DNA of 13,499 bases from an archaeon (lineage in GTDB: Archaea > Asgardarchaeota > Thorarchaeia > Thorarchaeales > Thorarchaeaceae), in contig JAJRWI010000038.1 in NCBI GenBank assembly GCA_024276825.1, positions 1 to 13,499 on the forward strand, in the 5' to 3' direction. Of this stretch, positions 8,048 to 13,499 are shown piece after piece. Position numbers and translations under genes: made by a program. Below the pieces are notes generated by a model. The model was not told the origin of the DNA. It was given only the letters and a program-made list of their open reading frames with translations, and searched no databases. Numbering within the stretch: the first letter of the stretch is position 1; the number at the start of each line of letters is the position of its first letter.

Positions 8048-8220
8048 CTCTAGTTCTTCAACCATAGATGACGCTGGCGGATCAACCGAATAGATATCAG
8101 CAATGTAGCAATATATGATCCGTAGCAAGTTCTGCACTCAGCACATGTAAGTTTGCAAACTTGATAGAATGTTCTGAAATTGATTAGATTCACAATCACT
8201 CTTCCAATAAGAGCATCACC
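8048..8220 (-). pseudogene. Frameshifted N-terminal remnant of a DUF166 gene, paralogous to 12104-12895
   Basis: Hand translation GDALIGRVIVNLINFRTFYQVCKLTCAECRTCYGSYIA /1-nt deletion ~8106/ IADIYSVDPPASSMVEELE aligns with GDVFAEKVIGNLINFRTFCQGCEPTCAECRAPYGSYVGDIVGIYPIDPPAPTMIEEPE. Confidence 0.88.
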
Positions 8221-8308
8221 ACAAGGTTCTCGGTGATCATTAATGATAATAGCTGATCTTGATACAAGCGCAATGGATGCAATTCACATAATTATGGCTA
8301 AATATTCT

Positions 8309-8692
8309 TCAATGTTCACGAATGCTTTTTCTAATCTCTGCAATAGTGGGGATTTCAATTCGATGACGGAAGTCTTCCCATAGTTTTCTAAAATGATAGA
8401 AATACATTCCGATCTCAAGAGGGTCTCCAAATAGAACAATGTAATTCTCAATGACTATACCCTTGAGAGCCAGTGGGAGTTCTTCAAAAATATGAATGTC
8501 ATAGCACTTCGGTGCTCTACCAAGAGCTTCTATTCGAATTTCAAGATTTTTCTTCTTATCTTTATCGCGAGTTATTATTGCAATATCAATGTCCGAGGTT
8601 GGCCCAAAATCCCCTCTGACGAATGAACCGAAAATTACAACTTCTTTGTCTGAAAGAAATGATAGATCTTCTCGTATGCGATTAATGTTCAT
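8309..8692 (-). CDS. Minimal nucleotidyltransferase (MNT) antitoxin
   Basis: VVIFGSFVRGDFGPTSDIDIAII (GS-x10-DxD), DIHIFEELPLAL; overlaps the HEPN gene by 11 nt. Confidence 0.9.
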   Translation of the reverse strand: MNINRIREDLSFLSDKEVVIFGSFVRGDFGPTSDIDIAIITRDKDKKKNLEIRIEALGRAPKCYDIHIFEELPLALKGIVIENYIVLFGDPLEIGMYFYHFRKLWEDFRHRIEIPTIAEIRKSIREH

Positions 8693-9071
8693 CTAAGAAT
8701 GCCTCCAGAGTTTCTATAAAGTCATTCAATGTTTTTTCTACATCCGAAATTGAGTCTAGTATTATCTTAGAATTAATTCCGTTGTATCTGTGAAGCAGAA
8801 CATTTCGTAACCCATTGTATTTAGCTAGGGATTCTGCGAGATTCTCGTTAATTACACCTTGATTTTTCAAACACTGAATGTTTTCATAATCTCCCAAAGG
8901 CACATGGCTGAGATCTTTGCATAACATTGCAATAATATCCATTGCTGTTTCAATAGAGGTGATCAGATTATAGAATATCCCTTTCAAGATGATTCCCGAC
9001 AGTTCAGATAACGATGTTCTAATTTCATTCAGGCATTCCAGAATATATCTGACTCGCCTGCTAATATCCAT
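8682..9071 (-). CDS. HEPN (DUF86/HepT-like) RNase toxin
   Basis: GLRNVLLHRY (R-x4-H-x-Y), SIETAMDI, DYENI; GGTGG SD; coupled to the MNT gene. Confidence 0.9.
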   Translation of the reverse strand: MDISRRVRYILECLNEIRTSLSELSGIILKGIFYNLITSIETAMDIIAMLCKDLSHVPLGDYENIQCLKNQGVINENLAESLAKYNGLRNVLLHRYNGINSKIILDSISDVEKTLNDFIETLEAFLDEH

Positions 9072-9254
9072 TACTTGCCACCAAACTCATAACTGATTCA
9101 TATTATTGAATTAATAATCTTTGGATTTCAAATCCATTAGCGAGTTTGCAAAGATAATGATACTGCTAAAGTATTCAATGTTCCTAAAAACATCAAAAAT
9201 CGTAGCAGAATAGAATGCAAGATAGCATTCAAGCTTTGCCATCCTGCATTCAAA

Positions 9255-9510
9255 ACTTTAGTCCCTACGGTTTCTAATTCTTTTGAATTGGTTCGTATAA
9301 TTTTGGTTCGATAGGTATCTTCACTGCTCGCTCAATATTTTTTCCTTCAAGCAAGGGTCGCACTGCCATAGCTGCTGGTAGTGCCACGTTTTTTGCAACA
9401 GCCGTGTATCCTCGGGAATCTCCATAACAAATGAAACGAGAACTATTTTTTTCCTTCTGCTATTCACTAGGATATTTTACAACAACATGTTTTGATCTTA
9501 ATTTTTCTCT
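9255..9510 (-). pseudogene. C-terminal remnant of a saccharopine dehydrogenase (reductase; Lys9/AASS-SDH-like) gene
   Basis: Hand translation VKYPSE*QKEKNSSRFICYGDSRGYTAVAKNVALPAAMAVRPLLEGKNIERAVKIPIEPKLYEPI /frameshift ~9284/ KELETVG resembles the recalled family C-terminus YGxxxGYSAMAxTVGxPxAIA...LxG...GVxxP...IYxPILxEL. In-frame TAG at 9460-9462. Confidence 0.72.
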
Positions 9511-9588
9511 TGTTAGTCTTTTTGCTTTGACTTAAAACATTCTGAAAATATTTTCGAATCGCTTTACAATAATATTTCGCTTATTTTC

Positions 9589-10245
9589 TTAATAAAATAT
9601 CTTCTTTAATTTTTTTAACTTTTTTAGAGATTTAGGTAATGATTCAAATGCATTGTCACGTAAATCCAACACCTTCAGGTTGGTCAACTTTCCAATAGAC
9701 TTGGGGAGGGTGGTCAACTTATTCTCACGTAAAACCAACACCTTCAGGTTGGTCAACTTTCCAATAGACTTGGGGAGAGTGGTCAACTCATTCTTACTTA
9801 AATACAGCTCCAGCAGGTTGGTCAACTCTCCAATAGAGTCGGGAAGCTCTGTCAGCCGATTGCGAGATAAATCCAGCATCTGCAGGTTGGTCAATTGCCC
9901 AATCCAGTCGGGAAGCTCGCTCAGCCTATTATCACCTAAAGCCAGCAGCTGTAGGTTGGTCAACTTTCCAATAGAGTCGGGAAGCTTGGTCAGCTTTCGA
10001 TTTTTATATAGACTACTCAAATTTAGTCCTATAACCCTGTTAGCAGTATCTATTACAAATCCAAAAGAAAAACCAAGTTTATTTATCTCATCACGCTTTG
10101 GAATTGCCTTCCCGATCAATTGTTCCAGTTCTTTAAGGACCTGAGCATCTTTTTTGATTACACTCACACCTGCATACTTGACTAGTCTACTTTCCTCTTC
10201 TTCCAAAGATTGCATTCGTTCTTCTGTCTTTTTATATGCACACAT
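9589..10245 (-). CDS. Small leucine-rich-repeat protein: N-terminal cap, five 23-aa LRRs, basic terminal repeat
   Basis: Repeats of LxxLPxSIGxLTNLxxLxLxxN; AGGGAG SD and a TATATAAA box (~10284-10291) upstream. No signal peptide or TM segment seen. Confidence 0.93.
   Translation of the reverse strand: MCAYKKTEERMQSLEEEESRLVKYAGVSVIKKDAQVLKELEQLIGKAIPKRDEINKLGFSFGFVIDTANRVIGLNLSSLYKNRKLTKLPDSIGKLTNLQLLALGDNRLSELPDWIGQLTNLQMLDLSRNRLTELPDSIGELTNLLELYLSKNELTTLPKSIGKLTNLKVLVLRENKLTTLPKSIGKLTNLKVLDLRDNAFESLPKSLKKLKKLKKIFY
9652..9996 (-). repeat. Five tandem 69-bp coding repeats (LRR units)
   Basis: Exactly 345 bp = 5 x 69. TTGACCAACCT is invariant in every unit; the last two units differ at only 4 of 69 nt. 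Confidence 0.95.
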
Positions 10246-10360
10246 AAACTATTTCTCCCTTTTGTTGCTTCTTGTTATGATTTTTTATATATTATTATTG
10301 TATAAAAAAAAAATATGAATAAAGTCCGCCTAATAATCTTATTCTTTAAAAATGCAGTAA

Positions 10361-10540
10361 ATGAGTCGTGACTTGGAGAATGCTCTCGAAAATGCACCTA
10401 TTAATGCTGTTGCGCTCACTGTATAGTAAATCGAAACCCTGGTTTTTCTCTGATATATTTATCGAGCCAAATTGTTTTGAATATAATGTTGGGAAGAAAC
10501 AATTTTTAATTCAGGGATTACAAGCTCTGTGTAAAAAGTC
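10361..10540 (+). pseudogene. Possible degraded GNAT acetyltransferase fragment
   Basis: MSRDLENALENAPINAVALTV* in one frame, then KPWFFSDIFIEPNCFEYNVGKKQFLIQGLQALCKK in another. Loosely like GNAT motif A (DIFVxPxxRxxGxGxxLI) but the R/G residues are missing. Confidence 0.22.
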
Positions 10541-10636
10541 ACCTCCCGGCACACTCCAAGAAGTTCAGACGTTGAATGTTGTGAAGGATCACCTTGATCA
10601 ACAACTCGCGTCGCTGCTCCTTGTGTCTTTTTAAAC

Positions 10637-11128
10637 TCAACCCTGCGTATGCGGTCGTGCATAGGTCGATACTGAGTATAGGATCATGTTGCTAACATTG
10701 AATAATCCAGCGAAAATCAACACTGTCATAAAGTCCAAAGGTCCTTCAATGACTACTAGTGTCATTAACGCAGTTGCCCATAGCAAAGCATTAGCAATAA
10801 TTGTAGCGCCCAGCTTTCTATTGAGCACGCCAAGGATAGCAGCGGATGCTGCGTAGGATGTCATTTTATTCATCAACGAGTATGCATCCTTTCCAAGCTC
10901 TGAGAGGTGATATGTGTCATCCTTGTGAGTCAAAAGAGGTGCGAGTGCATTCAGATGATATGAGAGAGAGGCACTCTCTTCAATCCCTATCGCTCTCTTG
11001 ATCTCTGAGAATTTTGCTCCTCGTTCCTCTCCGATAAATCTGAGAATGTCTCTTCGCATTTGATGGCTTAATGTCTTGAAGACCTCTTCCTCTAGATTTT
11101 GTATTTCATTTTCATCTTTTGACATCAT
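10637..11128 (-). CDS. ArsR-like winged-HTH protein with two C-terminal transmembrane helices
   Basis: EEVFKTLSHQMRRDILRFIG..FSEIK...SLSYHLNALAPLL...YHLSELGK, then hydrophobic segments ATIIANALLWATALMTLVVI and FMTVLIFAGLFNVSNMILY. TTTTATAA at 11160-11167 favours a start at 11128 or 11125 over 11155. Confidence 0.85.
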   Translation of the reverse strand: MMSKDENEIQNLEEEVFKTLSHQMRRDILRFIGEERGAKFSEIKRAIGIEESASLSYHLNALAPLLTHKDDTYHLSELGKDAYSLMNKMTSYAASAAILGVLNRKLGATIIANALLWATALMTLVVIEGPLDFMTVLIFAGLFNVSNMILYSVSTYARPHTQG

Positions 11129-11421
11129 TATCACGCATGTCAATGGATGCATCATAAGATTATAAAATGGTCAGTCAAGAAAGTTTTACTAAAACTAGAT
11201 TAACTGGTTCATAAGGATAAAGTCATTATCAGATTTGAAAGATTGAATAATTATTGCTTACAAGTGCAACACAATTGATAAGAGAAAGTTCGAGTTTCCT
11301 TGATGGAACCTGGATTATCAATTAATTTGATATTATGCATTTAAGAAATAAAACTCAATTATAGTCTAACTAGACGAAGAAACCAATTTGCGCTTCAAAA
11401 AGATCACTATGGATTATTACA

Positions 11422-12066
11422 TTAAAAGACAGAATATACAACCCTACTTACTATGAACCAACTAATGTCGCCCAGCATTTCATGCGGAAGATAGAATATT
11501 GAGTTCTTATCATAAAGCATACGAACGCTTGCAGGAAACTCATCGTCTGCGTCCTCAAAGATAATGAGTACCTTTACTCTTGGCAAGAAAGACACTTCAA
11601 ATCCAACATCCCCATAGTCAACCCTTCTCGCATTTAACCGTTCAAATGCTGCCAGCAGCTTTTCCCGATTATTGGTATATGCGGCAAGAAGAGCATTGAG
11701 GTCTTCTTTGTCAAATGAAAACCTACATGCCCATGATCCTCTTAGTGCATTGAACTTTACCCACTCATTTGCTATGCCCTCATCTTTGGCCCTACTATAA
11801 TAGAATAGAAAGATGATCAGTCTACTTGGTGAGACCTCTTTGCTTGTGAAAGTATCAATTGTTTGGCCTGTTTCCAAATCCATTCGTATGCCCAGTATTT
11901 CTGCATATTTGTCGCCAATTCCTAATCTATTTCGAAGACCCTGGATGTCATCCTTGAAGTTCTCCCAACTCCACATTTCCGAACTCTTGTCGAACTGCTC
12001 GATGTGGTACTTGTGAGCGAGCTCTCTAGATACAGACATCCAATACTCGAGAATATCATCAGCCAT
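11422..12066 (-). CDS. DUF3786-family protein
   Basis: EWVKFNALRG...F, GDVGFEVSFLPRVKVLIIFEDADDEFPASVRMLYDKN..FYLPHE match my recollection of DUF3786; GGTGA SD. Confidence 0.8.
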   Translation of the reverse strand: MADDILEYWMSVSRELAHKYHIEQFDKSSEMWSWENFKDDIQGLRNRLGIGDKYAEILGIRMDLETGQTIDTFTSKEVSPSRLIIFLFYYSRAKDEGIANEWVKFNALRGSWACRFSFDKEDLNALLAAYTNNREKLLAAFERLNARRVDYGDVGFEVSFLPRVKVLIIFEDADDEFPASVRMLYDKNSIFYLPHEMLGDISWFIVSRVVYSVF

Positions 12067-12103
12067 TTTCTCTCACCATTACATTATCATGGATTGCTTT
12101 TGA

Positions 12104-12895
12104 TTATTCAGACTGGTCTTTTTCGGGTTGAGATCTACAGTCCTCGATACCCACAGCTTTGCATACCGCATGCCTTGCACGATACCCAGCCACATGGAGC
12201 AGCGCATCTCCGAGCTCTCGATCCTTTGCCATAGATGCGGTGCATGGATATGAATGATGAGCCTTTGAAATCACATCAAACAGTTCATCAGTATCTGATG
12301 TCGATTTGCCCCTGACCTTTTGACTCACATACCAAGTGCATCCACATGGGGCTGAGCGTATCGGCCCTATCTCTGCAATGATGTCGCCTTTCATATCCAC
12401 AAAATGAACTGGACTGCCAACCTTGTATCGTTCCATAAATGCATCAATCATTTTTCCTTCACCGGGTTCCAGAGTGCAAAATGGCTTTGGAAATGCATTT
12501 TCAATTCCTTTCTCATCAAGAATCTCCTTGACCTGAGAGCGTAGTCCTGGCGGAATCCAAGTGGGGTCTTCAATTGGTGCAATTACTGCCTTTGCTCCAG
12601 TCACTTCAACCATGTGATCAATTGATGTCAAAATATCATGATGAACTGCAACGACCAGCAAGACATCGCATTGCTCAAGGCCGATCTCATCAATGTATTT
12701 CTCTGGTTCTTCAATCATAGTTGGTGCTGGCGGATCAATAGGATAAATGCCCACAATGTCACCAACATAAGAACCATATGGGGCTCTGCATTCGGCACAT
12801 GTGGGTTCGCATCCCTGACAAAATGTTCGAAAATTAATTAGATTTCCAATTACTTTCTCTGCAAATACATCACCATACACAGATATTATTCGCAT
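12104..12895 (-). CDS. DUF166-family protein (often auto-labelled 'thymidylate synthase') with an N-terminal CxxCxxxCxxC motif (263 aa)
   Basis: MIEEPEKY, HHDI, PKPFCTL, IRSAPCGCTWY, HHSYPCTASM..D..LGD.LLHVAG. True start ATG 12895 after AAGGTGG; the ORF-track extension to 13282 is antisense to the next gene. Confidence 0.8.
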   Translation of the reverse strand: MRIISVYGDVFAEKVIGNLINFRTFCQGCEPTCAECRAPYGSYVGDIVGIYPIDPPAPTMIEEPEKYIDEIGLEQCDVLLVVAVHHDILTSIDHMVEVTGAKAVIAPIEDPTWIPPGLRSQVKEILDEKGIENAFPKPFCTLEPGEGKMIDAFMERYKVGSPVHFVDMKGDIIAEIGPIRSAPCGCTWYVSQKVRGKSTSDTDELFDVISKAHHSYPCTASMAKDRELGDALLHVAGYRARHAVCKAVGIEDCRSQPEKDQSE

Positions 12896-13022
12896 AACGG
12901 CCACCTTGGATTTGCGAATAAATGGTTTCAAGGTACATAAAACTGCCGTTTCTGGCCTGTTGGCAGACTTAGCGGAAACATAATAACGATGGACATCAAC
13001 TATTGGTGTCAAGTGATGATGA

Positions 13023-13421
13023 ATGGCGCTTGGTGACCTGCTCTTTCCAAAGATTGAGATGAAGCTCATAATCACACATGACTTCATGGCTGACATCGAA
13101 GCAGTTCGAAACAAGTTCTCTGATGAATATGTAAAACATACGGCCCTAGTCAGACTGAGCAAGGGGGATATGCAGAAGTTAAGTCTAAAAGATGGGTCAA
13201 ATGTCAGTATAGAGTCCCCTATTGGCAAAGTTGTTGTGCGTGCTGTCATGGATGAAAATGGTAAGGATGGCCTTGCGGTCATGATTCATGGTCCATGGGC
13301 GCTAGCCCTTGTGGATGTTCCTTCTGATGGAGCACCTCCCAAACTGCATGGCGTTCAAGTGACAATAAAAAAGACCGATGATGTTGTCACTTCCCTTTCG
13401 GATCTCTTTTCGAGCTCTTAA
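13023..13421 (+). CDS. Divergent FwdD-like (molybdopterin dinucleotide-binding fold) protein
   Basis: K.SDEY...A...DMQKL.LKDG..V.IESPIGKVVVRA...GLAVMIHGPWA...G.QVTI is colinear with FwdD at 3279-3668, but the SGRT..QG motif is replaced by THDF..D. Confidence 0.75.
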   Translation: MALGDLLFPKIEMKLIITHDFMADIEAVRNKFSDEYVKHTALVRLSKGDMQKLSLKDGSNVSIESPIGKVVVRAVMDENGKDGLAVMIHGPWALALVDVPSDGAPPKLHGVQVTIKKTDDVVTSLSDLFSSS

Positions 13422-13499
13422 TTGCCTTTATTAGTTTTTTCACATTTCCCCTTTCAATCTGCATATGATGTCTTGGATTCTCCCTAAGAAATGTTCTCA

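Noticed and set aside
7946-8137. 63-aa ORF as an independent gene
   Set aside because: Its middle is the post-frameshift part of the DUF166 remnant; the rest looks non-coding.
9652-9996. CRISPR array
   Set aside because: The 69-bp period is in-frame coding LRR sequence with no unique spacers and no cas genes.
9653-10144. 163-aa repetitive plus-strand ORF
   Set aside because: Antisense shadow of the LRR repeats.
8048-12874. DUF166 copies as att sites or target-site duplication of a mobile element
   Set aside because: Too diverged, with synonymous changes, and no integrase or transposase between them.
12896-13282. 129-aa N-terminal extension of DUF166 in the ORF track
   Set aside because: It is largely antisense to the FwdD-like gene; an SD-supported ATG at 12895 gives a normal start.

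Overview
Archaeal DNA, by inference an Asgard lineage such as Thorarchaeia (unverified). The left part is a methanofuran/H4MPT C1 (archaeal Wood-Ljungdahl methyl-branch) locus in two divergent operons: mch-fwdC on the minus strand and ftr-fwdD-fwdB-fwdA on the plus strand. A convergent Gfo/Idh/MocA oxidoreductase with a non-canonical active site follows. An AT-richer accessory patch (~8.0-10.6 kb) holds a DUF166 remnant, a HEPN-MNT toxin-antitoxin pair, a saccharopine-reductase-like remnant and a small LRR protein. The right end has a membrane-anchored wHTH regulator, DUF3786, DUF166 and a divergent FwdD paralog. Main leads: (1) an exact 15-bp inverted repeat brackets fwdC-promoter-ftr so that inversion would give intact ftr-mch and fwdC-D-B-A operons; (2) the LRR array has fixed scaffold codons but variable concave-face codons; (3) the oxidoreductase lacks its catalytic Lys and Asp/His and sits behind a strand-specific leader hairpin.
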